A program made the position numbers and the translations under genes. DNA of 24,000 nt from Streptomyces sp. SP18CS02. GTDB lineage: Bacteria > Actinomycetota > Actinomycetes > Streptomycetales > Streptomycetaceae. The stretch covers positions 102-24,101 of the forward strand of contig NZ_JAQYXC010000263.1 of NCBI RefSeq assembly GCF_036322365.1, read 5' to 3'. The notes under the pieces were generated by a model. That model had not been told where the DNA came from. It saw only the letters and a list, made by a program, of their open reading frames with translations, and ran no database searches. This document shows positions 1-7,580 of this stretch, in pieces; positions within the stretch are counted from its first letter, which is position 1; each line of letters starts with the position of its first letter.

Positions 1-126
1 TTCCTGCGTTCAGGGGCTTTTTCCACTGCCTCCCAGGGCCCGTCCTGCCTTTCACTGTGGTGTCGTGCAGGCGCGTCCCACAGAACAGCACAGCAAAAGG
101 AAAAGGACGTTCGGTGTCGAGTGGTG

Positions 127-1437
127 TCAGAGCCGCCCTGCGGCCTTGAGAGCGAGATAGGCATCGGCCAGAGCCGGGGCGAGTTCGTCCGGGGAAGCGT
201 CCACCACAGTGACGCCATGGCGCTGGAGCTGCTCGGAGGCGCGTCGGCGCTGGGCCTGGGTCTGTGCGCCGGCGGCCGCCTCGTACACCGCGTCCACACT
301 GCCCCGGGCCTTCGCCATCTCTTCGGTGCGGGGGTCGGCGACCGCGGCCACGATGACGGTGTGCCGCTCGGTGAGCTGCGGAAGTACCGGAAGAAGACCT
401 TCCTCGATGGGGGAGGCCTCCAATCCGGTGAGCAGCACGATCAGGGACCGGCGCGGGGCATGGGCGAGTGCGGCCGCGCTGAGCCCCCGGGCGTCGGTCT
501 CGATGAGCTCGGGCTCCAGCGGGGCCAGGGCGCCGACCAGAGCCGGAAGCACATCGTTCGCAGCGTGGCCCTGGACCCTGGCGCGGATGCGGCGGTCATA
601 CGCGAGAAGGCCGACCCGGTCGCCGGCTCGGGAAGCGAGCGCAGCGAGAAGGAGGGCGGCGTCCATGGCTGCGTCGAGGCGGGGGACGTCGCCCACACGA
701 CCCGCGGAGGTGCGGCCGGTGTCCAGCACGATGAGGATGTGGCGGTCGCGCTCCGGTCGCCATGTGCGTACGGCGACGGTCGACTGACGTGCGGTCGCTC
801 GCCAGTCGATCGAGCGGACGTCATCGCCCGGGACGTACTCACGGAGGCCGTCGAACTCGGTGCCCTCGCCTCGTGTGAGCACGCTGGTGCGGCCGTCCAG
901 CTCGCGCAGGCGGGCCAGTCGGGAAGGCAGGTGCTTACGGCTGGTGAAGGGCGGCAGCACGCGGACCGTCCACGGAACCCTGTGACTTCCCTGGCGGGCG
1001 GCCAGGCCGAGGGGACCGAAGGAGCGCACGGTGACACGGTCGGCGTGGCGGTCGCCCCGGCGCGTGGGCTGGAGAAGGGTGGTGAGACGCCTGCGCTCTC
1101 CGGCGGGGACGGTGAGACCGTGCCGGGACGTCGACCCGTCGGCGCCGGGCAGCCAGCTGCTGGGTGGCCAGGCATCGCGGAGGTGGGCGCGCAGACGGCG
1201 ACGCGAGGGGTTCGTGACGGTCAGCTGGACCGTGGCACTTTCACCGAGTCGAACGGATGTGTCACCACTTCGGGTGAACTGGAGCGGCCGCACTGGCGCG
1301 GCCAGCGCGTAGTCGCACAGAATTGCGAGGGAGAGAGGCGCGTTGACGGCGAGCATCCCCGCCCAGCTGGGGGCGAGGATGCCGACGGGAAGCGAGCCGA
1401 TGGCTGCGAGAAGCGCGGTTCGTCCGGTGAGTGCCAC
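127..1437 (-). CDS. DUF58 domain-containing membrane protein (vWA-like partner of MoxR ATPase)
   Basis: 436-codon track ORF. The start codon is GTG at 1437, 11 nt after the MoxR stop (TGA, 1449-1451), with GAGG about 10 nt upstream. It has two N-terminal hydrophobic helices (LLAAIGSLPVGILAPSW; MLAVNAPLSLAILCDYALAA). The central REYVPGDDVRSIDW motif and the HILIVLDTGRTS strand are typical of DUF58/vWA-like proteins encoded next to MoxR. Third codon positions are G/C-rich in this frame. Confidence 0.85.
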   Translation of the reverse strand: MALTGRTALLAAIGSLPVGILAPSWAGMLAVNAPLSLAILCDYALAAPVRPLQFTRSGDTSVRLGESATVQLTVTNPSRRRLRAHLRDAWPPSSWLPGADGSTSRHGLTVPAGERRRLTTLLQPTRRGDRHADRVTVRSFGPLGLAARQGSHRVPWTVRVLPPFTSRKHLPSRLARLRELDGRTSVLTRGEGTEFDGLREYVPGDDVRSIDWRATARQSTVAVRTWRPERDRHILIVLDTGRTSAGRVGDVPRLDAAMDAALLLAALASRAGDRVGLLAYDRRIRARVQGHAANDVLPALVGALAPLEPELIETDARGLSAAALAHAPRRSLIVLLTGLEASPIEEGLLPVLPQLTERHTVIVAAVADPRTEEMAKARGSVDAVYEAAAGAQTQAQRRRASEQLQRHGVTVVDASPDELAPALADAYLALKAAGRL

Positions 1438-1448
1438 TGTCCACAGCC

Positions 1449-2432
1449 TCAGCGGGGGACGGGGACGTGGGCGAGGATCGACGTGATGACGGAGTCGGAG
1501 GTGACTCCCTCCATCCCGGCCTCGGGGCGGAGTTGGATGCGATGGCGCAATGTGGGCAGGGCCAAGGCCTTCACGTCGTCCGGGGTGACGTAGTCGCGGC
1601 CGGTGAGCCAGGCCCAGGCGCGGGCAGTGGAGAGCAGGGCGGTGGCGCCGCGGGGCGAGACGCCGAGAGCCAGGGAGGGGGATTCACGAGTGGCACGACA
1701 GATATCGACGACGTAGCCGGTGACCTCGGCGGAGACCGAGGTCTTGGCGACAGCGGCGCGGGCAGCTTCCAGCTCGGCCGGTCCGGCCACCGGGCGGACG
1801 CCGGCCGCGTGCAGGTCGCGCGGATCGAAGCCCTCTGCGTGACGGGTCAGGACGTTGATCTCGTCCTCCCGTGAGGGCAGGGGAACCGTCAGCTTCAGCA
1901 GAAAGCGGTCCAGTTGGGCCTCGGGCAGGGGATAGGTCCCCTCGTACTCGACCGGGTTCTGGGTGGCAGCCACGAGGAACGGCTCAGGGAGAAGGCGCGG
2001 GGTTCCGTCGACGGTCACCTGACGTTCTTCCATGGCTTCCAGGAGGGATGCCTGGGTCTTGGGAGGAGTGCGGTTGATCTCGTCCGCCAGCAGGAGATTG
2101 GTGAAGACCGGGCCTGGCTGGAACGAGAACTCGGCAGTGCGGGCGTCATAGATGAGTGAGCCCGTCACATCGCTCGGCATCAGGTCCGGTGTGAACTGGA
2201 CGCGCTGGGTGTCGAGTCGGAGGGAAGCGGCGAGTGCCCGGACGAGCAGGGTCTTGGCAACGCCCGGAACTCCTTCGAGCAGTACGTGACCTCGGCAGAG
2301 CAGTGCGACGACGAGCCCGGTGACGGCGGGGTCCTGCCCGACCACGGCCTTCGCGATCTCGGTGCGCAGGGCCTCCAGTGAGGAGCGGGCGCTGTCCGAG
2401 TTCTCAGGGGTCTCGGGGGTCGGGGCACTCAT
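1449..2432 (-). CDS. MoxR-family AAA+ ATPase
   Basis: 327 aa. Walker A is EGVPGVAKT and Walker B is LLADEINR. The ATQNPVEYEGTYPLPEAQLDRF segment is typical of the MoxR (AAA_3) subfamily. Its ATG overlaps the upstream gene's stop (ATGA at 2429-2432). Confidence 0.93.
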   Translation of the reverse strand: MSAPTPETPENSDSARSSLEALRTEIAKAVVGQDPAVTGLVVALLCRGHVLLEGVPGVAKTLLVRALAASLRLDTQRVQFTPDLMPSDVTGSLIYDARTAEFSFQPGPVFTNLLLADEINRTPPKTQASLLEAMEERQVTVDGTPRLLPEPFLVAATQNPVEYEGTYPLPEAQLDRFLLKLTVPLPSREDEINVLTRHAEGFDPRDLHAAGVRPVAGPAELEAARAAVAKTSVSAEVTGYVVDICRATRESPSLALGVSPRGATALLSTARAWAWLTGRDYVTPDDVKALALPTLRHRIQLRPEAGMEGVTSDSVITSILAHVPVPR

Positions 2433-3634
2433 GAGGTGCGTACCTCTCTTTCGAGGGCGTCGAGTTGATCGGCGAGGAGAGTGAGGGCGGCGTCGTCGGT
2501 GGGGACCGGGCCGAACAGGAGGGGGCGAAGGTCCCTGTCGCCGGACGCGAGCCGGGCGGAGACGGCGGGGAGCAGTGTCTCCGGTGCGTGGGCGTCCGTC
2601 AGGGGGACGCCGAGCAGAGGAGCCAGCCGGGTGCGGGTGGCGGACCGCAGTACGGCGGCTGCCCGGTCACGGGCGTTGGCCTTGCGGTAGAGGCGGGCGC
2701 GACCCTCCGTGGATTCCGAGGCGCGGATGGCCACGGGCAGGCGCTCCGTCACCAGGGGACCGAGGCGACGGGCGCGCCAGATGGCGGCGAGGACAGCGGC
2801 CAGAGCGAGCTGAAGCGTGCCCCAAAGCCAGCCGGAGGGGACCAGTTCGACGAAGGTGCTCTCGCCGCCTTCACCACTTCCGTCATGGCCGTCACCGTCG
2901 CGGGTGGCGGAGGCATCACTGAGTGAGGGGAGGTACCAGACGACGTGAGTCCGGGAACCGAGGAGTTGAAGTGCGAGCGACGCGTTGCCCCGGTGGGCGA
3001 GGCGGTCGTTGTAGAGGATGTCGGGGGAGCCGAGGAGGACGGTGTCGCCGTCGGCGGAGCCCGGCAGGCGCAGCAGGGTGGGCATGCCGTCGCTGAGGTA
3101 GCACCCGTCGGCGCCGGGGATGTCGGTCGCGTAGCGCTCCCCGCCGAGTTCGGCGTCGCCCGCGCGCTGCGCGGCGGGCAGCGCGCAGCGCGGGGCGCGG
3201 ACGGTCACCGGGGACGGAGAGTCCGAACGCACCCCGGGAGCCAGTGTGTCGAGGGAGGGAGCGCCGGCGGAGAGCAGGATCGTGCGGCCCCCGGCGGACT
3301 TCGTCGCCTCGTGAAGAGTGGTCTGCTGGCTCTCCGTCAGCAGATCGGGGGCGGTGACGAGAAGTGTGGTCGCGGGGCCGACCGTCGAGACCGCCTCGTC
3401 GAGGGTGGTGGCCACCGTGGAGGTGATCCCCCTGTTTCTGAGGAGCTCGGCGACGGCTCGGCTGCCTTGGGGGTCGGCGGAGCGGGGGTCGAGCCGGCCG
3501 TGCTGGTCGCCGGAGCGGACCAGGGCCATGACGATCGCGGCCAGGAGGAGGATGCCGAGTGCGATGAGCAGGCCGCGGACGCGCGCCCAGAGCTGGCCGG
3601 GGGTGAGGGAGGCCGAGGTGGACGTGGCGGTCAT
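2429..3634 (-). CDS. DUF4350-like membrane-anchored protein
   Basis: 401 aa. Four-nt ATGA overlaps at both ends (3631-3634 and 2429-2432) indicate translational coupling. An N-terminal TM helix (LLIALGILLLAAIVMALV) and a second TM helix (WLWGTLQLALAAVLAAIW) flank a probable extracytoplasmic domain. The family assignment rests on this layout and the gene's position between DUF4129 and MoxR, as I remember the family; it is not searched. Confidence 0.72.
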   Translation of the reverse strand: MTATSTSASLTPGQLWARVRGLLIALGILLLAAIVMALVRSGDQHGRLDPRSADPQGSRAVAELLRNRGITSTVATTLDEAVSTVGPATTLLVTAPDLLTESQQTTLHEATKSAGGRTILLSAGAPSLDTLAPGVRSDSPSPVTVRAPRCALPAAQRAGDAELGGERYATDIPGADGCYLSDGMPTLLRLPGSADGDTVLLGSPDILYNDRLAHRGNASLALQLLGSRTHVVWYLPSLSDASATRDGDGHDGSGEGGESTFVELVPSGWLWGTLQLALAAVLAAIWRARRLGPLVTERLPVAIRASESTEGRARLYRKANARDRAAAVLRSATRTRLAPLLGVPLTDAHAPETLLPAVSARLASGDRDLRPLLFGPVPTDDAALTLLADQLDALEREVRTS

Positions 3635-4293
3635 CCGGTCGCTCCCCGGACGGCTTCACCCAGCTGCGGCTTGGTCCGTTCCAGCGCGGTGTCCAGGTCC
3701 TTGAGCCGTTGGTACGCGCGTTGGTCGGCGGTGCGGCCGCCGTATGTGACGTCGTCGAACTCCCGGGCGGCCGCACGCAGCTCGCCGGCGAGCCCGGGGA
3801 GGGTGCGGCTCGCTTCCGCGGCGGCCTCGTCGGCGGTGCGGCCGGGGCGCGGGTCCAGGACGGTCCGCTCCTCCAAGGAGCGCACGATCGCCCGCATCCG
3901 TTCCTGGACGGCGTGGTTCCAGTGCCCGGCGGCGGCGTGTCCGTCGGCCGCGGCGCGGTGCGCGGAGGCGCTGCGGGGGCTGTTGTCGAACAGCGGGTCC
4001 GAGCCGGCGGGGGCGAGGCGCGGACTGCCGAGCCGCCACCACAGGGCACCGATGAGGGCCAGGACGACCAGGACGATGACCACGAGACCGAGTACGCCCC
4101 CGGGGGCGGCCCCGGAGGCGGATTCGAAGATGCCGCCGACCCACTCCCAGAAGCGGTCGAGTGCCCGTTCCAGGATGCTGGGATCGTTCTCGTGGTACAT
4201 CGGCTTGGACAGCTCCCGCTCCGCGGCCTCGCGGGCCGGGCCGCGAGGGATGCCCACCGGTACGTCGTCGTGCGGTGCGAGCCGCGCCGTCAT
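3631..4293 (-). CDS. DUF4129-like membrane protein
   Basis: The track ORF extends to 4359. I prefer ATG at 4293 (MTARLAPHDD...) because GGGGGGA lies about 5 nt upstream and this start leaves a 25-nt gap to the upstream stop rather than a 41-nt overlap. There is one TM helix (VLGLVVIVLVVLALIGALWW). The C-terminal helical region ends in ...AREFDDVTYGGR..., which resembles the DUF4129 signature. Start uncertainty is 66 nt. Confidence 0.7.
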   Translation of the reverse strand: MTARLAPHDDVPVGIPRGPAREAAERELSKPMYHENDPSILERALDRFWEWVGGIFESASGAAPGGVLGLVVIVLVVLALIGALWWRLGSPRLAPAGSDPLFDNSPRSASAHRAAADGHAAAGHWNHAVQERMRAIVRSLEERTVLDPRPGRTADEAAAEASRTLPGLAGELRAAAREFDDVTYGGRTADQRAYQRLKDLDTALERTKPQLGEAVRGATG

Positions 4294-4318
4294 CGGTCCC
4301 CCCGTGTTCGGCACCGCA

Positions 4319-5551
4319 TCAGCTCCCGGGGGCGGCGTCGCCGGGCGGGGCGGCACCATAGCCGGGTACGCCAGCGGCGCGGCCGAGCTCCAGGTCGAGG
4401 GCCTCGCGGCGGATGCGCTGGTCCACGTAGAGAAGGACGCTGACGCCGGAGGCGATGGGCGTGGTGATCGAGGAGGCGATCACCGCTCCGATGCCCGTGA
4501 TGATCAGGAAGGGCCAGCCGAACTCCGGAGTCGAGCCCGTGAGCAGACCGCCGATGCCGTCGCCGTCGACCATCAGCGCGATGACGGTGAACGGGATGGA
4601 AATGATCATCGATACGAGCAGGGTCAGGAGCATGGTCAGCGTCAGGATGCCGAAGATGCGCCACCAGGCGCCCCTGACCAGCTTGGCGGAGCGGCGTATC
4701 GAGGCGATGACCCCACGTCGTTCCAGCATGAGCGCCGGGTAGGAGAGGCTGAACTGGATCATCAGCCAGAGCACGACGAGGGCCGCGGCGAAACCGCCGA
4801 GGACGGCCAGCGCGAGGCCCGCCTCGGAGCCGACGAGCAGCCCGGGCACGAAGCCCACCGACATGATCGCCGCGCTCATCAGCGGCAGCAGCACCGTCAG
4901 TCCGAGGAGCTGGAGAAGCCGGGGACGGGCCTCGCTCCAGGCGTCGGAGAGAGACACCGGTCGTCCCAGTACCGAGCGGCTGATCACAACTGTGAGCAGC
5001 GCGGTGGTGATGAAAGTGCCGATGAGCGTGATGAGCATCGTCGGTCCCAGGGAGGTGAGGCTCACCTTCAGGGACTCGACCGACTGGTTCAGGACCTCCG
5101 ACGGGCTGGCGTCGGGATCGACGTCCGGAGGCGTCGGCATCACATAGCGCTGGAGGAGGATGTCGGCGATCTGCGTGACGACGGAGACGGTGATCGTGAT
5201 GGCCAGCACCGTCCGCCAGTGGGCACGGAGGGTCGAGACCGCGCCGTCGAGGATCTCGCCGACGCCCAGGGGACGGAGCGGGATGACGCCCGGCTTCGCG
5301 GCCGGCGGCCGGCCGTAGCCCTGCTGGGGCCCGCCCCAGCCCGGTCCGGGGGGAGCGGGCTGGGTCTGGCGGGACGGTCCGGCCTGTGTGGGCGGGGACC
5401 ACTGGGAGGCGGGCGGCTGGTCCTTGGACCACTTGGAAGCGGCGCCGTTCCCGTCGGCGGGCTCAGTGGGCCCGGCGGGACGGGGGGCGGCATCGCCCTG
5501 GCCGTCGGACGGGGCAGATCCGGGCGAGGCCCAGCCCGGAGTGTCGTTCAC
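4319..5551 (-). CDS. polytopic membrane protein with a proline/glycine-rich N-terminal region (resembles the GDPD-membrane-domain/DUF975-like family)
   Basis: The track ORF runs to 5647. GTG at 5551 (VNDTPGW...) is preceded by GAGGTGG with a 6-nt spacer. The first ~125 residues are P/G/Q/A-rich low complexity, followed by about six hydrophobic helices (e.g. LGPTMLITLIGTFITTALLTVVIS; WWRIFGILTLTMLLTLLVSMIISIPFTVIALMV). It is the first gene of the co-directional MoxR cluster. Confidence 0.75.
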   Translation of the reverse strand: MNDTPGWASPGSAPSDGQGDAAPRPAGPTEPADGNGAASKWSKDQPPASQWSPPTQAGPSRQTQPAPPGPGWGGPQQGYGRPPAAKPGVIPLRPLGVGEILDGAVSTLRAHWRTVLAITITVSVVTQIADILLQRYVMPTPPDVDPDASPSEVLNQSVESLKVSLTSLGPTMLITLIGTFITTALLTVVISRSVLGRPVSLSDAWSEARPRLLQLLGLTVLLPLMSAAIMSVGFVPGLLVGSEAGLALAVLGGFAAALVVLWLMIQFSLSYPALMLERRGVIASIRRSAKLVRGAWWRIFGILTLTMLLTLLVSMIISIPFTVIALMVDGDGIGGLLTGSTPEFGWPFLIITGIGAVIASSITTPIASGVSVLLYVDQRIRREALDLELGRAAGVPGYGAAPPGDAAPGS

Positions 5552-5733
5552 GGTCGTCCACCTCGTGGATTGGTCGCGGGGCCGTCTCGTCGCGCCGGCC
5601 CGGTCGCAGTGCCGGGCCGCGTGGAGGGGCGGCAGGTTGGCAGCCATCGTGCCACGCGTCGATCGCCGCCGGGTCTCGGTCGGGATCTCGTTCGTACCTT
5701 CATTGTCGGTGGTTCAGCGGGCAGACTGGGCGG
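5552..5733. promoter_or_regulatory. divergent intergenic region between the MoxR-cluster operon and mtnA-mtrAB-lpqB
   Basis: This 182-bp non-coding gap lies between two divergently oriented first genes, so it must carry both promoters. I could not identify -10/-35 elements with confidence. The call is positional only. Confidence 0.4.
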
Positions 5734-6885
5734 ATGGCTGATCAGTACGCACAAACTCCCCTTCGCATCGAGCCGCCCCCGCTCCCGGCACTGCGCTGGG
5801 AGGAGCCACCGGAGGGGCCGGTGGTGGTCCTCCTGGACCAGACGCGGCTGCCCGCGGAGGAAGTCGAACTGGTTTGTACGGACGTGCCGGCGCTGGTGCG
5901 GGCGATCCAGATCCTCGCGGTCCGGGGCGCGCCCCTGCTGGGGCTCGCCGGTGCCTATGGGGTGGCCCTGGCCGCCGTTCGCGGCTATGACGTGGAGGAG
6001 GCGGCGGAGCTCCTCGCCGGCGCGCGACCCACCGCGGTGAACCTCGGATACGGGGTACGGCGGGCGGCAGCGGCGTACCGGACCGCGGCCGACAAGGGCG
6101 CGGACCGGCGGGAGGCGGCCGAGGCCGCGCTGGCCGAGGCCCGTGAGCTGCACCGGGAGGACGCCGCGGCCAGTGCGGAGATGGCGGTCCGGGGCCTGGC
6201 CCTTCTCGACGAGCTGCTGCCGGGCGGTGGGCACCGTGTCCTGACGCACTGCAACACCGGCGCGCTGGTGTCGGGCGGCGAAGGCACGGCGTTCGCCGTG
6301 GCCCTCGCCGCGCACCGGGCCGACCGGCTGCGGCGGCTGTGGGTGGACGAGACCCGGCCGCTGCTGCAGGGCTCCCGGCTGACGGCGTACGAGGCCGCGC
6401 GGCACGGGCTGCCGTACACGCTGCTCACCGACAACGCGGCGGGATCGCTCTTCGCGGCGGGCGAGGTGGATGCCGTGCTCATAGGGGCGGACCGGATCGC
6501 CGCCGACGGTTCGGTGGCCAACAAGGTGGGGAGCTACCCGCTCGCGGTGCTGGCCAAGTACCACCACGTACCGTTCATCGTGGTCGCGCCCCGCACCACG
6601 ATCGACCTCGACACCCCGGACGGGGCCGCGATAGAGGTGGAGCAGCGCCCGGGCCAGGAAGTGACGGAGCTCACAGTTCCGCCACAGGTGGCCGTGAGTG
6701 GACCCGGCGCCGGGACGGGACTGCCGGTGGCGCCGCTCGGAACGCGGGCCTACAACCCGGCGTTTGATGTCACGCCGCCCGAGCTGGTGACGGCGATCGT
6801 CACGGAGCTGGGGGCGGTGTCCCCGGTGACCGGAGAAGGAATTGCCGAGCTGTGTGCCAGGTCACGCCGGGTAACGATTAGCTAA
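5734..6885 (+). CDS. mtnA: S-methyl-5-thioribose-1-phosphate isomerase-like protein (MtnA / eIF-2B alpha-beta-delta family)
   Basis: The in-frame ATG at 5734 (MADQYAQTPLRIE...) lies inside the longer track ORF 5386-6885. It carries LLDQTRLP, RGAPLLG, THCNTGALV (catalytic-Cys context), GADRIAADGSVANKVGSY (catalytic-Asp context) and YNPAFDVTP motifs typical of MtnA. The TAA stop is at 6883-6885. Confidence 0.85.
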   Translation: MADQYAQTPLRIEPPPLPALRWEEPPEGPVVVLLDQTRLPAEEVELVCTDVPALVRAIQILAVRGAPLLGLAGAYGVALAAVRGYDVEEAAELLAGARPTAVNLGYGVRRAAAAYRTAADKGADRREAAEAALAEARELHREDAAASAEMAVRGLALLDELLPGGGHRVLTHCNTGALVSGGEGTAFAVALAAHRADRLRRLWVDETRPLLQGSRLTAYEAARHGLPYTLLTDNAAGSLFAAGEVDAVLIGADRIAADGSVANKVGSYPLAVLAKYHHVPFIVVAPRTTIDLDTPDGAAIEVEQRPGQEVTELTVPPQVAVSGPGAGTGLPVAPLGTRAYNPAFDVTPPELVTAIVTELGAVSPVTGEGIAELCARSRRVTIS

Positions 6886-6889
6886 TGGG

Positions 6890-7579
6890 ATGATGTCGAA
6901 TATGAAGGGACGCGTCCTTGTCGTCGACGACGACACCGCACTGGCCGAGATGCTCGGCATCGTGTTGCGTGGAGAAGGTTTCGAGCCGTCGTTCGTAGCG
7001 GACGGCGACAAGGCACTTGCCGCATTCCGGGAGGCCAAGCCAGACCTGGTACTGCTGGACCTCATGCTGCCCGGTCGGGACGGCATCGAGGTCTGCCGCT
7101 TGATCAGGGCCGAGTCCGGCGTGCCGATCGTGATGCTCACGGCGAAGAGCGACACCGTCGATGTGGTGGTCGGGCTCGAGTCCGGGGCCGATGACTACAT
7201 CGTCAAGCCGTTCAAGCCGAAGGAGCTGGTCGCGCGCATCCGGGCACGGCTCCGGAGGTCCGAGGAGCCCGCTCCCGAGCAGCTCACCATCGGCGATCTG
7301 ATCATCGACGTCGCGGGTCACTCCGTGAAGCGGGACGGGCAGTCCATCGCGCTGACCCCGCTGGAGTTCGATCTGCTCGTCGCCCTGGCCCGCAAGCCGT
7401 GGCAGGTGTTCACCCGAGAGGTGCTGCTGGAGCAGGTCTGGGGCTACCGCCACGCCGCCGACACGCGGCTGGTGAACGTGCATGTGCAGCGGCTGCGCTC
7501 CAAGGTCGAGAAGGATCCCGAGCGGCCGGAGATCGTGGTGACCGTCCGTGGTGTCGGTTACAAGGCCGGACCGAGCTGA
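6890..7579 (+). CDS. mtrA: OmpR-family response regulator MtrA
   Basis: 229 aa. The receiver domain has VLVVDDD, LVLLDLMLPGRDG (phospho-acceptor Asp) and a KPF motif. The C-terminal winged helix has LTPLEFDLL...RLVNVHVQRLRSKVE...TVRGVGYKA. It is followed 1 nt later by the kinase gene and then lpqB, the canonical mtrAB-lpqB arrangement. Alternative starts are at 6893 and 6902. Confidence 0.95.
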   Translation: MMSNMKGRVLVVDDDTALAEMLGIVLRGEGFEPSFVADGDKALAAFREAKPDLVLLDLMLPGRDGIEVCRLIRAESGVPIVMLTAKSDTVDVVVGLESGADDYIVKPFKPKELVARIRARLRRSEEPAPEQLTIGDLIIDVAGHSVKRDGQSIALTPLEFDLLVALARKPWQVFTREVLLEQVWGYRHAADTRLVNVHVQRLRSKVEKDPERPEIVVTVRGVGYKAGPS

Positions 7580-7580
7580 C

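Noticed and set aside
1-126. Possible start of a further minus-strand gene downstream of DUF58 (GGGAGG then GTG near 28-38 on the minus strand) and a T-rich tract (CCTTTTCCTTTTGC on the minus strand)
   Set aside because: The SD-to-GTG spacing is only 2 nt, and fewer than 12 codons would be visible. I cannot support either a gene start or a terminator from this fragment, so it is left unannotated.
121-1593. 490-aa plus-strand ORF, plus nested ORFs at 209-787 and 441-1175
   Set aside because: They lie antisense to or overlapping the DUF58 gene. The DUF58 frame has recognisable motifs and operon context, and these ORFs have none.
127-5551. Reading the MoxR-vWA-like cluster as a phage-defence or conflict system
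   Set aside because: No effector-type domains (nuclease, protease, TIR, pore-forming toxin) are visible. There are no neighbouring mobile or defence genes and no compositional shift, and the cluster is embedded in conserved core synteny. A housekeeping envelope role is the more economical interpretation.
2945-6040. 1031-aa plus-strand ORF, the longest in the track
   Set aside because: It runs antisense across three well-supported minus-strand genes and then out of frame into mtnA. The product is Arg/Gly/Ala/Pro-rich with no motifs or hydrophobic core, and the G/C third-position bias fits the opposite-strand genes. This is a classic high-GC shadow ORF.
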